Shown here piece after piece: positions 27,986 to 37,664 of a stretch of 64,000 nt of DNA. The stretch comes from an uncultured Poribacteria bacterium. Lineage in GTDB: Bacteria > Poribacteria > WGA-4E > WGA-3G. The stretch spans positions 3,136,001 to 3,200,000 of the forward strand of contig CATQHZ020000001.1 in assembly GCA_958296135.2 (NCBI GenBank), in the 5' to 3' direction. The notes beneath the pieces were generated by a model, which saw nothing but the letters and a program-made list of their open reading frames with translations, was not told the origin of the DNA and did no database searches. The position numbers and the translations under genes are program-made. Position 1 is the first letter of the stretch, and every line of letters begins with the position of its first letter.

Positions 27986-29470
27986 CTATTCAATAAACGT
28001 CTCGACCTTTTCCAGAACGGAGGGGAGGTCTGTGAGCACCGCTTCCACAACCCCATCGGCCGCTACCACTATCGTGACGAGGCCCGCCGCGTCGCGATTC
28101 AGGTGCTCGCGGCGTTGGGCAACTTTATCCACCCAGACCGGCAGCCGAGAGAGGTGGTGTTCCTTTTGGAATGCCTCAATCGCCTGCACGGAGGTCTCAC
28201 CGGCGTGAACAGCAACCGCCTGCACGCGCGCAGCGTCCACGTCCGCGAGCCTCTCCTCAAGCCGTTGTAGGGCTGTCCCGCAAGCGGTGCTGTCCGTTGA
28301 AAAGAGGTTCAAGAGCACCACTTTGCCGCGGAAAGATGCTAAGGTGACAGGTTTCCCCGAAAGGTCGGTGAGCGCCAGCTCGGGCATGGGTTCACCAATC
28401 CGCGGGGAGGTTTCCTGCGGCTGTGGTGCCGGCGGCAGCAATGGTGATAATTTCTGGAGCAACTCTTTTCCGGCGGGTGACTCAAGAAACGCGTCGCCGA
28501 GTTGCGATTTGAGCTGCGCAGACAGGTCGCCGGAACCGTCCAGTTGCAGCTGGATTTTCATCTGATTGAGAGTATAGATGCCCCGCTGCGGGCCGTTTCG
28601 ATAGAGTTTGCCACTGACGCTGAGATTGAGCCGATGGTGTTGACAGCGGACGAGCGGCACCATGTTTCCTTCCCTCGCCAAGAGGCTTTCTAGCCCGGCT
28701 TTTTCCGTAGGACGCGCTTCATAGAGATAGCTACATGGCAGCGTCGGATCTGCCGCACCGTCGGTGAAGACCCCGGGGTTCCCCGCGGTCGCATCCGCCG
28801 GACAAAGCAGTGCATTTTGGTCCAGATAGTTGGGACACAACGCCGACAGCCACTCACACCACGCCGGGTTTCCCTCGGAACCCCGATATGCCTCAATTGC
28901 GACGTTGATTTGCCGCAGATTCTCGCGGCAGACCTCAATGCCTTTCGCCTCTGCCGCGCGAGGTTGTGCGTCGGGCGCGGCCACCTCATGCGGATAGGCA
29001 GCTGCTAAGAGGAAGCGGTTCAGACGAATGAAATCGTCACCGCTTTGCGGATGTTGTTCAAGGAGGGCCCGAGTCTGTTCGTTGAGTTCAATCTCGGAGA
29101 ACTGTTGGGCATCGTAGAGCGTCTCTGTTTGGATGAGTCGATTCACATCCGTGAGTAGTGCGTCCTGCAAGACAGGCGATGGGGCACGGATACCATCGTA
29201 CGCTCCCAACAGCCGCTGCGTTTCCACGGACAACTTCGCCGCCAGGGAGGTAGAGAAGGCGGCGCGCGTGTCTTGGAGTTTCACCGCCAAACTACCCGGG
29301 TCGGTGAGGGCATCCATTTGCAACAGGAGCTGGTTCCCATCTCCATGGGTAGCAGGAGACATGTTTATTGTCAGCAATAAAGCCGTCAGCAGCAGAATGA
29401 GGTGCCTGCACGGTTGGAGCAACCTATAGCGGCGACTCTTCACCGGTAGTCTAGTTTTTAGCATCTTCAA
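27986..29470 (-). CDS. Exported protein with pilin-associated-like Cys domain and degenerate TlpA/redoxin domain
   Basis: CRENLRQINVAIEAY..LLCPAD, and C-terminal LTDLSGKPVTLASFRGKVVLLNLFSTDSTAC. Confidence 0.6.
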   Translation of the reverse strand: MKMLKTRLPVKSRRYRLLQPCRHLILLLTALLLTINMSPATHGDGNQLLLQMDALTDPGSLAVKLQDTRAAFSTSLAAKLSVETQRLLGAYDGIRAPSPVLQDALLTDVNRLIQTETLYDAQQFSEIELNEQTRALLEQHPQSGDDFIRLNRFLLAAAYPHEVAAPDAQPRAAEAKGIEVCRENLRQINVAIEAYRGSEGNPAWCEWLSALCPNYLDQNALLCPADATAGNPGVFTDGAADPTLPCSYLYEARPTEKAGLESLLAREGNMVPLVRCQHHRLNLSVSGKLYRNGPQRGIYTLNQMKIQLQLDGSGDLSAQLKSQLGDAFLESPAGKELLQKLSPLLPPAPQPQETSPRIGEPMPELALTDLSGKPVTLASFRGKVVLLNLFSTDSTACGTALQRLEERLADVDAARVQAVAVHAGETSVQAIEAFQKEHHLSRLPVWVDKVAQRREHLNRDAAGLVTIVVAADGVVEAVLTDLPSVLEKVETFIE

Positions 29471-29923
29471 AATCTCCTTGTCCTTAGAATTTTTATTCGT
29501 ATTTCGCCGACTGATCCGATTAAAATGTTACACACCCGAGTTGCAAAAAAGTTGCATCTTTTCTGCAGGTGCTGCGTCCCGCGCCGCACAGGTAGGGCGG
29601 CGGAGCCTTTTTGGCGATGGCATTGAGATGTCGCTGGTTCATTCGTCGTTTCCCTCGTTAAGCATAGTGACGGACGCAGCCTCAACGCCGTAGGCGCGCA
29701 ACCGAGTCTGTGCGCGGTTTCAAACCGCGCCTACCGGTGTGCGGTAACTCCTACCTGATTTTGTTTCGGGAAAATTGCCCGTTTTAATTTTCAAACTTCA
29801 TGCAAGCGCAAACTACAAGAACGGGATAACTAAATGTCTCTGGGGACTCGACAAAAATCTTGGCAAATTTTCCGAAAAATGCTATACTTTATCCAAATTT
29901 CATGCATGGAGAGACAACGAGAC

Positions 29924-30703
29924 ATGCTTTCTATAAAATGGTTCTACGCCTTTGCATGCGTGTGCCTTCTCTTTTCAACAATGACTAGTAGTTTTGCCGA
30001 GAAAGGATTTGACTACCTACCCGATGAAGACACACTCGGCCTCTGGCATTTCGATGAAGCTAAAGTGCTAGATGTCTCTGCAAACGAAGTGGAAGCGGAC
30101 GTTGAGGGCAAATCGGCATGGGACGCGAACCAAGATTGGAACAAAGAGGCTAAACCGGGAAAATCGTTCGTCTTTGATGGGAACACGGTGATTTCGCTTG
30201 GAGAGGCGGAGGTGCTGATTCCTAAAGTCGCCATTACCCTTGAAGCCTGGGTCTACCCTGAAGACCTGACGGGGTGGCGGCTCATCTGCACGAATTGGGA
30301 CGGACCGCCTGGTGCTTACCACTTAGGCGTTGAAAACGGTATCGCCAAATTCCATATTAACACCGAGAAAGGTGTGGCGTTTGCAGGCGCGGCGAAACCG
30401 CTTGAATTGGAGGAGTGGCAGCACGTCGCCGGCACCTACGATGCCAGCAAGATCAAACTCTACATTAATGGCAAAGAGGTGGGCGCGACGAACCACGGCG
30501 GAAAACTTGTCGGCGCGGGATTTGACGTAATCATAGGCAGTAAAAACACGCGCCAATTTAATTGGAAAGGCTTGATGGACGAAGTGCGGATAAGCGGCAT
30601 CGCTAGGGATGCAGACGTGCTGAGTCCAAACTTAGCAGCACCGCAAGCGGTTGAATTCACGGCAGCGTCTTTGCCAATTCTATGGGGGCAACTCAAACGA
30701 TGA
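29924..30703 (+). CDS. Secreted LamG-like jellyroll protein with C-terminal LPILWGQLK motif
   Basis: GLWHFDE, ITLEAWV, WQHVAGTYD, LYINGK and GLMDEVRIS. Confidence 0.88.
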   Translation: MLSIKWFYAFACVCLLFSTMTSSFAEKGFDYLPDEDTLGLWHFDEAKVLDVSANEVEADVEGKSAWDANQDWNKEAKPGKSFVFDGNTVISLGEAEVLIPKVAITLEAWVYPEDLTGWRLICTNWDGPPGAYHLGVENGIAKFHINTEKGVAFAGAAKPLELEEWQHVAGTYDASKIKLYINGKEVGATNHGGKLVGAGFDVIIGSKNTRQFNWKGLMDEVRISGIARDADVLSPNLAAPQAVEFTAASLPILWGQLKR

Positions 30704-32562
30704 GCGAAAACGCCGCTTTAGCCCAAGGCATCGCTTTCTTACGCAAACAGCAGCGCACAGCGGGACATTTTGAGGGACAACTCTCCTCCAGCACCTTTCC
30801 TTCCTGCGCCTACGCCTGGGTGCAGCTCGCCCAAGGCGAAACACCCGAACCCTCCCAGCTCAAGTGGTTTATTTCAAACCAGAACGGGGAGGGAGAATGG
30901 GGATTGGATACCGCGAACATCTCCAATCCGGAGGCGACGCTGTTCGCGAAACTCATCTTGTCGGAGACTCATCGGCGCGCACCGAACGCCGTCCCACCCG
31001 AGCTGCTAGCATCCATTCCATCGTATCCGCTCAACTTGGCACTCATCAAGTTGGCTTACGCTGCTTTCAACCAGTTTGACTGGAACGCACTCACCGTTTC
31101 GGAAAAAGCGTTGCCGTTGATGAAGATGGTGAAACGGCTGACCAAAATCCCTTTCCTGCGCGGTAGGCTGCAGCCGCCGAGGCACCGCTTGCCGCCGGTC
31201 GCGATGTTCAACACGCCACTGTTTGACGAACTGTTCATCGCCGAGCAACATACCCTCGTGCCGGTTTTCATCCTGATTGAACTGCATACGAAGAAACGTC
31301 CGGAAATAATCGCGTCGCTTGCGCAGTGGTTAAAATCGCGCGTGTTGAGCGACGGGAGCTGGTTTCGCGTGAATTATATCACCGCGCTTTCGGTATTGGC
31401 GTTAATTGAGTTGCAGAAAGCATCACGATTAGAAATCGCGCCTACCGAGGCGGAGATTGCGGCGTTGATTGCGCGCGGAATTGAGTGGCTGCGCGCGACG
31501 CGGAATCCAGATGGTGGGTGTCGCGAAGCGTTGAATCTCAACGTCTGGGATACTGCGCTGAGCGTTATCGTGCTGACCGAGGTCTCCGCTGGGGAAAAAA
31601 CGGACAGCCATAGCAATCTGTCCTTACAGACTGATGAAGCCGCCGGACAACTAGCAGCTGCGGCGCGGTGGCTGATTGCGCACCAAAATTCCGATGGTGG
31701 GTGGGCATTTTCTGGGCTGCGCGATAGTTCGCTTCCCAGTGATGCAGACGATACGGCGTTGGCAACGTTGGCATTAATTCGCGTTGTCTCACAGCACGTA
31801 AAAAATACCGTAGCGCGAGGGCCTGGCCCTCGCGATGCCGAAGAGTATGACCACGCGATTCAGCGCGGCATCGCGTGGTTGAAGCAGAATCAGGGGGCCG
31901 ATGGGAGTTGGAGCACCTATCAACCCGGGCAGGGCGATGTCGGCTGTGTCAGCATCACGGCGCATGCGATTGAGGTGCTGCTTGCATCCGGTGGAAACGA
32001 AGCCTTCGTTGAACGCGGTATTCGTTGGATCCGCGGCGAGATTCACAGCGACGGCTATTGGCGCGACCTTTGGCTATCCAAGCGGACTTACGGCACAGCG
32101 TGTGCTATCATCGCGCTTGTCAAGGCAGGTGTGATGGAGGCACCGGAACTTGAGCAAGGTGCTTGCTGGCTAGAAAGCACGCAAAATGCAGATGGCGGTT
32201 GGGGTGAAGATATGTTCGGGAATCCCACCGATAGCACGGTGGAGCAGACGGCGTGGAGCACTTACGCGCTTTTGTTGGCGGATGAGGCGCGCTTGGAACG
32301 CGCGCCTCCCAGAGAATTCTCCGCGCACCGTAGCGCGAGGGAAACCTGTGCCTCGCAGAGCCGCACCCGGTTCCGGAATGCCGCACAAAAGGGAATTGAC
32401 TTCCTCTGTCGGCATCAAACGGCGGAGGGCTCGTGGCAAGAGAGCTGCGTCGGTATCTATTGGGAGATTATCGGTGGATATGCCGACCCTATCTACGCCT
32501 CCGTTTTTCCATTGTTGGCGCTGAATCAATACGTGCGGACATGTAACATCCTCAACCCGTAG
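30700..32562 (+). CDS. Squalene-hopene cyclase-like class II terpene cyclase / prenyltransferase repeat protein
   Basis: DADDTA motif, NVWDTA and several QxxxGxW repeats (QNSDGGW, QNADGGWGE, QTAEGSW). ATGA overlap with the upstream gene. Confidence 0.75.
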   Translation: MSENAALAQGIAFLRKQQRTAGHFEGQLSSSTFPSCAYAWVQLAQGETPEPSQLKWFISNQNGEGEWGLDTANISNPEATLFAKLILSETHRRAPNAVPPELLASIPSYPLNLALIKLAYAAFNQFDWNALTVSEKALPLMKMVKRLTKIPFLRGRLQPPRHRLPPVAMFNTPLFDELFIAEQHTLVPVFILIELHTKKRPEIIASLAQWLKSRVLSDGSWFRVNYITALSVLALIELQKASRLEIAPTEAEIAALIARGIEWLRATRNPDGGCREALNLNVWDTALSVIVLTEVSAGEKTDSHSNLSLQTDEAAGQLAAAARWLIAHQNSDGGWAFSGLRDSSLPSDADDTALATLALIRVVSQHVKNTVARGPGPRDAEEYDHAIQRGIAWLKQNQGADGSWSTYQPGQGDVGCVSITAHAIEVLLASGGNEAFVERGIRWIRGEIHSDGYWRDLWLSKRTYGTACAIIALVKAGVMEAPELEQGACWLESTQNADGGWGEDMFGNPTDSTVEQTAWSTYALLLADEARLERAPPREFSAHRSARETCASQSRTRFRNAAQKGIDFLCRHQTAEGSWQESCVGIYWEIIGGYADPIYASVFPLLALNQYVRTCNILNP

Positions 32563-32682
32563 GACGAGGGCCCGTTCCTCGCCATGCGTGGCACGCGGGG
32601 GACAGGCCCCCGCGCTACGGACCGCGAACTATTCACCCAAAGAGTGAGGGGCTGTTCCTCGCAAGCATCCGACTCCAACAAC

Positions 32683-33354
32683 ATGATCTCCATTATCATC
32701 CCAATTCTGAATGAGGAGAAAATTTTGGGCAAAACGCTCAATCGGCTTCAGCCAGAATTGGCAGACCACGAACTTATCATTGTTGATGGCGGCAGCACGG
32801 ATGCCTCGGTCTGCATCGCGCGAAAATATGGAAAGGTAGTTCTCACCGAGCGCGGCCGCGCGAAACAGCTCAACGCGGGTGCCGCGGCGGCGAGCGGCGA
32901 TATTCTCCTCTTCTTGCACGCGGATATTTGGCTTGAACCGGGCGCGCTGACCGCCGTAGAAGCCGCGCTTGCCAATGGATACGTCGGAGGGGCATTCCGC
33001 CAAAAGATTGACGGTAAACATTTTTTGTATCGTTTCATTGAGACAGTCGGCAACTTTCGTGCGAAACGCTTGAGAGTATTTTATGGGGATGGCGGTATTT
33101 TTCTGGCGCGCACCCGTTTTCAGCAGCTCGGCGGTTTTCCGGAAGTGCCGATTTTAGAAGAGATGCGATTCTCAAAGGGACTGCGCCGCCTCGGCAAAAC
33201 TACGCTTATTTCGCCGGGCATCCATATCTCATCGCGGCGATGGGAAGAAGGCGGCATCGTCCGGACAACGTTGAACAATTGGCTGATAACGCTGCTCTAT
33301 TTTCTGGGAGTTTCGCCGGCGCGGCTTGCGAAGTTGTATCGGCACATTCGGTAG
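32683..33354 (+). CDS. GT2 glycosyltransferase (TIGR04283-like)
   Basis: ISIIIPILNEE, VDGGSTD, GRAKQLNAGA, LFLHAD and SSRRW. Confidence 0.85.
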   Translation: MISIIIPILNEEKILGKTLNRLQPELADHELIIVDGGSTDASVCIARKYGKVVLTERGRAKQLNAGAAAASGDILLFLHADIWLEPGALTAVEAALANGYVGGAFRQKIDGKHFLYRFIETVGNFRAKRLRVFYGDGGIFLARTRFQQLGGFPEVPILEEMRFSKGLRRLGKTTLISPGIHISSRRWEEGGIVRTTLNNWLITLLYFLGVSPARLAKLYRHIR

Positions 33355-33395
33355 GCACCCCCCATACACACCGCGTCAAGCCCGGGAGGGCTCTC

Positions 33396-34352
33396 CTACG
33401 GCTGCTTCATTTCACCCCAGACCGTGGTTAGCAACGACGCTTTCGGCGCAACAGGCAACGCCGCCGCATCAAACCAATCCGCATCGGTATTGTTTCCCTT
33501 GGTTGTGAGTCGTATCGGGTTCCCGCGTCCGGTCACAGCGACTTTGTAGAGCTGCGTCCGATGCCCCTCTTTTCTTTCATAAAGGATTTCATCGCCATGC
33601 GGCGACCAGGTTGGGTGGTTGACGATTCGTTCTTTCACTAAATGTCTCACGCTAGTCTCATCGCGGGGTGTGACATAGAGCGTCATTTTATCGTCAACTC
33701 GCAGCGGCCCGACGTGCCCTCTAGGCCACTCAAGCGCAACAAACGCAATCTTGTCGCCCGCCGGTGCCCAGGCGGGGTGTTTCATGATATATTTCTGTTT
33801 CCGAAGTAGCACGTCTACGGTGCCGGTGTAGACATTGATGAGGTAAATGTCCATACTCCGTCCCCAACCGTAGGCTATCTCGATTCCATCAGGAGACCAG
33901 GTTGGATAGGCATCTTTCCAATCTATCCGCGCTAATTGTTTGGCACCCACGCCGGTGCTCGTCGCAGTCTCTATCACGTTTTTGTCGGGCCGCACGTAAG
34001 CAATCTGGGTGCCATCAGGGGACCAGGTTGGTTCAGCGCGGTGTCTCAGGGTTTTAAAGACTGGGCGTACACCAGTTCCATCTGCACGCATCAGATACAA
34101 ATCTGGCACCCCATCGCGAGTTGAGACAAACAGGATATGCTTGCCATTGGGAGCCCAGGTCGGCTCGAAATCTTCAGCAGGGTGACGGGTTAAGTTCGTC
34201 TGCTTACTTCCATCAGGGTTCATGACGTAAATTTCCCTGTCGCCATCTCGGCTTGAGGTAAAAACAATCTTCCCCTCGGCCCGCGCAGCAATATGTTGGC
34301 ATAAGAGGGGGAGAGAAAGGAAGCAAAAAAGCGTTAGAGAGAGGCGTTTCAT
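33396..34352 (-). CDS. Secreted TolB-like PD40 beta-propeller protein with C-terminal LTTVWGEMK motif
   Basis: IVFTSSRDG..EIYVMNPDG and repeated PxWSPDG. Confidence 0.88.
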   Translation of the reverse strand: MKRLSLTLFCFLSLPLLCQHIAARAEGKIVFTSSRDGDREIYVMNPDGSKQTNLTRHPAEDFEPTWAPNGKHILFVSTRDGVPDLYLMRADGTGVRPVFKTLRHRAEPTWSPDGTQIAYVRPDKNVIETATSTGVGAKQLARIDWKDAYPTWSPDGIEIAYGWGRSMDIYLINVYTGTVDVLLRKQKYIMKHPAWAPAGDKIAFVALEWPRGHVGPLRVDDKMTLYVTPRDETSVRHLVKERIVNHPTWSPHGDEILYERKEGHRTQLYKVAVTGRGNPIRLTTKGNNTDADWFDAAALPVAPKASLLTTVWGEMKQP

Positions 34353-34430
34353 GATAGTTTCCTCTGCACGATGAGTGGAAGATGAGTGCCGGGAGGGCAC
34401 GGGGCCCTCCCGACGCAAACGTGCGCGAAA

Positions 34431-35297
34431 TTAGCGAACCTGCTTGATCGAACCCCAGGTTGTCGCTAATTTGTTCTTGGCTTCGACATCAAACGTGCCG
34501 TTTTCTGCGAGCCAGTTGTTGATGAATTCGGCAACGCCGATACCGCGAATGTCGACTTTCTCCGCCCATTCCGGCGAGCCTCTCTGCCACATCGCGGCAA
34601 TCATGCCGGTTCCATCTTTACCCGGCGTTTTACTGACAGCAACCGCCGGATCTGCCGTGGTTTTATCGGCTTCGGCAAAGACGACGACATCCCAATCCGA
34701 GCCCTTGAATTGCTCGAGGTGCCACGGACGGGTAGACTTGAACGCCTTCATCGATGGGATAGCCTGCTTGCCGAGGTCTGTCGGTTCAAAGTTGGCCCCC
34801 CGGTCGCTAAAACTCAAGCCGGGGATATCAAAGACATTTGCGGCTCCCTGTTCGCCGTTATCGGGGCTCCGCACGCCGCCTTCGTAACTCATGTAGAAAA
34901 TCCAGTCGGCAACGTTAATGACGACATTGCCTTCTTCAATGAAGTTTTCCACGTTAGAGCCATCCGGCTTTTTGTTTGGGAACGGATACAACGCGCTCGG
35001 TGAGGTGCCGCACGCGAGGATGATAACGTCTTGCTGGCCGTTGCCGGTATGCTCCACGCACCACTTCGCGAGTGGGGAATCGTCGCCCTCTTCATCACCA
35101 TCACCGAAATCTTTGATGTCGTTGAAGAGAGCCTTGATACCGGGGTCTGCACTGATAGCCTTGACGTTTTTGGCAACTGCAGCGTCCGAAATCCAACCGG
35201 GATTCGTCGGGCCTGAGTAAAATGCCAGGTCATTGGCTTGGACTATAGCCATGCTGCTCACAAGAGCGAAGATGGCTAGACTTACATAGAATTTCAT
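34431..35297 (-). CDS. Secreted protein of unknown function with C-terminal KLATTWGSIK motif (paralog 1)
   Basis: Signal peptide MKFYVSLAIF. Long identical blocks shared with 35393-36268. Confidence 0.8.
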   Translation of the reverse strand: MKFYVSLAIFALVSSMAIVQANDLAFYSGPTNPGWISDAAVAKNVKAISADPGIKALFNDIKDFGDGDEEGDDSPLAKWCVEHTGNGQQDVIILACGTSPSALYPFPNKKPDGSNVENFIEEGNVVINVADWIFYMSYEGGVRSPDNGEQGAANVFDIPGLSFSDRGANFEPTDLGKQAIPSMKAFKSTRPWHLEQFKGSDWDVVVFAEADKTTADPAVAVSKTPGKDGTGMIAAMWQRGSPEWAEKVDIRGIGVAEFINNWLAENGTFDVEAKNKLATTWGSIKQVR

Positions 35298-35392
35298 GAT
35301 ATGCAATTCCTCCAGATTGTTGGAGCGGTTCGTTAGAAACCGCTCCATCTCTATTGATGTCATCTCATAAACGCCGTTTACGAGATGGGTCT

Positions 35393-36268
35393 CTAGCGAC
35401 CGGATTTGAGTTTGCCCCAGGTTGTCGCTACTTTATCCTGAGGTTCTACCGGGGTTGTGGTGATTTCGCCGTTTTCGACGAGCCAATTGGCGATAAATTC
35501 AATAACGCCGGTGGCTCTCGGGTCATCGCCCTCCCAGGCGGGTTGTGCTTTCTGCCACATCGCGGCGACGATAGCGCCGTCTGTCAGGTTCACCGCGACG
35601 GCCGGGTCTGCAGAATCCGGGTCATCGTTTGAGACAGCGAACGCCGTGACTTCCCAGTCGGTGCCTTCAAACTGCTCAAGGTGCCACGGCCGGTCGGACT
35701 GAAACTCCACCAGCGATGGGATATATTTCTGGCCCATTTCGGTGGGGACTGCTGGGCCGCCTCGATTGCCAAAGCTGAGTCCCGGAATATCAAAGACGTT
35801 AGCGGCACCATCTGCGCCATTATCGGCACTTCGCGAACCGCCTTCATAACTCATATATAGAATCCAATCGGCGACGTTGATGAAGACGTTCCCATCCTCA
35901 AGGAAGTTTTCGATGTTGGAACCGTCGGGATCGGCGTTTGGGAATTGGTAAATCGCGCTCGGGGCGGTGCCGGAAGCGGCGATGAAGACATCTTGCTGGC
36001 CGTTGCCGGTGTGTTCCTGCATCCACAGGCCTAGCGGGGAGTCGTATCCGACTTCGTCGCCATCTCCGTAGATGTTAATAGTTTCAAAGATGGCTTTCAT
36101 ATCGGCATCGTTTGCGATTGTCTCACCGTTCGCGATGGCGGCTTCCTGCGAGATCCAGCCGGGGTTCGTTGGCCCCGAGTAGATTGCCAAATCTGCCGCG
36201 GACGCGCTGGACAGGCCAATGAGTGCAAGCGATAAGCTCAGTATCGCCGTGAGGAAAATTTGTCGCAT
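35393..36268 (-). CDS. Secreted protein of unknown function with C-terminal KVATTWGKLK motif (paralog 2)
   Basis: Signal peptide and AGGAG RBS. Shared blocks YSGPTNPGWIS, HTGNGQQDV, YMSYEGG and RPWHLEQF. Confidence 0.8.
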   Translation of the reverse strand: MRQIFLTAILSLSLALIGLSSASAADLAIYSGPTNPGWISQEAAIANGETIANDADMKAIFETINIYGDGDEVGYDSPLGLWMQEHTGNGQQDVFIAASGTAPSAIYQFPNADPDGSNIENFLEDGNVFINVADWILYMSYEGGSRSADNGADGAANVFDIPGLSFGNRGGPAVPTEMGQKYIPSLVEFQSDRPWHLEQFEGTDWEVTAFAVSNDDPDSADPAVAVNLTDGAIVAAMWQKAQPAWEGDDPRATGVIEFIANWLVENGEITTTPVEPQDKVATTWGKLKSGR

Positions 36269-36789
36269 GAATTATCTCCTTTTTGTTGTCCATTGGGATT
36301 GCGTAGGCCGGATGCATATTGCGCTTCCGCCCATGCAAGCAAATAGAATAGCCCGCGACAAAACTCCCTGTGTGAGACAGAGAGTGTGCGGGCACAAATG
36401 TAGTGACAGGACGGCAACAGCTGCCGACGCGTCGTTGTTACGATAAAAATGATAACGGGCGTTAAGTGAGGGGGGGGTGAAGCGTCGCGAGCGCGAGCGT
36501 CAAAGGCACAGCAAAGCGCGAAGAGGGGCCATCCCCACCACGAGTGGAGCCTCCCTTGCGCGTTCCCTATTTTCGCTGAAGTGTGGACATTGCGGTTTTT
36601 CACGCTCGTTCTTCCGTTTTTCAGAAAGTGGGACTTGTGCGAAACGAACCCCGTAGGCGCGGTTTTTCGCCGCGCGCCGGGCTATGTGCGCGCGTTGCAA
36701 GCGCGCCTACCGGCAGTAGATTTTCGCGTAAGTCCTGTTACATTAAAGTATACCCTAAAAAGCGAATTCATGTCAACGCTTTTGGTCGA

Positions 36790-37518
36790 CTATCGTTTGA
36801 GGTCCCCCCACGTCACGGCGAGTTTGCCATGCGGTTCAACCGCGAGGTTTACCCCGTTCGGGTTATCGTAAAGGTAAAGGTTGTCGATGTAATAGTGCTG
36901 GAGCTGGTTGGTATGAATCCCGAGGACCCCCTTCGGATGGAGATTTTTCGGGTCGCTCCATTCTATTACCTTTTCAAATACGAGCGCGCCCTGCTCCTTG
37001 ATGTAGAACTGGAAGTCTTTGCCATCGCCAAGCAACGCGAGCGTATACCATGACATCGTTTGCACCGGGAACGGGAATTCGGCCCGGTGTTCGCGATACT
37101 CGTTCCAGGTGCCCCGGTCGTTTCCTTCCCGTTTATACCAGCGAGCGGAATTCGGGCGGCCAAACCCATCAATCGGCGTGATAATCAATTGATAGAAGTG
37201 GTAGTCCTCGTTGGCGCGAAACAGGAGTTCCATCTTGCTTGGGGCCGGGTCATTTAGCAATTGGAAATCGAGTCGGAGCCCGAAGTCTTCAAACGCTATC
37301 AGGCCATAGCCAAAATCCATGGGGCCGTTGCCGTCCCCGCCTAACCGGAGGATTTCCAGTTTGCCGTTCTTAATGTCCCATGATTCGTCCTGGCCTTTCC
37401 AATATTTATTGTTGAGTTTCCCTTTAAATTCGTCTGCCACGAGGAGTTCTGCGCCACTCGTCTGACACAGAAGCATCACGGATGCGAGCAGGCAGGAAAG
37501 AATAACAATTTTTCGCAC
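36790..37518 (-). CDS. Secreted DUF1080/concanavalin-like protein with C-terminal KLAVTWGDLK motif
   Basis: GTG start after GGAGG, signal peptide, W-x-I-x-N-G-K-L, and G-x-L-G-I..YIDNL. Confidence 0.7.
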   Translation of the reverse strand: MRKIVILSCLLASVMLLCQTSGAELLVADEFKGKLNNKYWKGQDESWDIKNGKLEILRLGGDGNGPMDFGYGLIAFEDFGLRLDFQLLNDPAPSKMELLFRANEDYHFYQLIITPIDGFGRPNSARWYKREGNDRGTWNEYREHRAEFPFPVQTMSWYTLALLGDGKDFQFYIKEQGALVFEKVIEWSDPKNLHPKGVLGIHTNQLQHYYIDNLYLYDNPNGVNLAVEPHGKLAVTWGDLKR

Positions 37519-37553
37519 AGCGATTTCCTCCCTTAAAATGAAAGTTACCGTTA

Positions 37554-37583
37554 ATTATAACCTATTGGAGCGGTATTTGTCAA
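37554..37583 (-). promoter_or_regulatory. Sigma70 promoter TTGACA-N18-TATAAT
   Basis: Perfect hexamers upstream of 37518. Confidence 0.7.
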
Positions 37584-37664
37584 GTTTTTTTGCAAAATGC
37601 CGCGAAAAATGTTATTTTTTAATGAGACACGCGAAATCAAAAAAGGTTCGCGAAGGGGCAGAAG

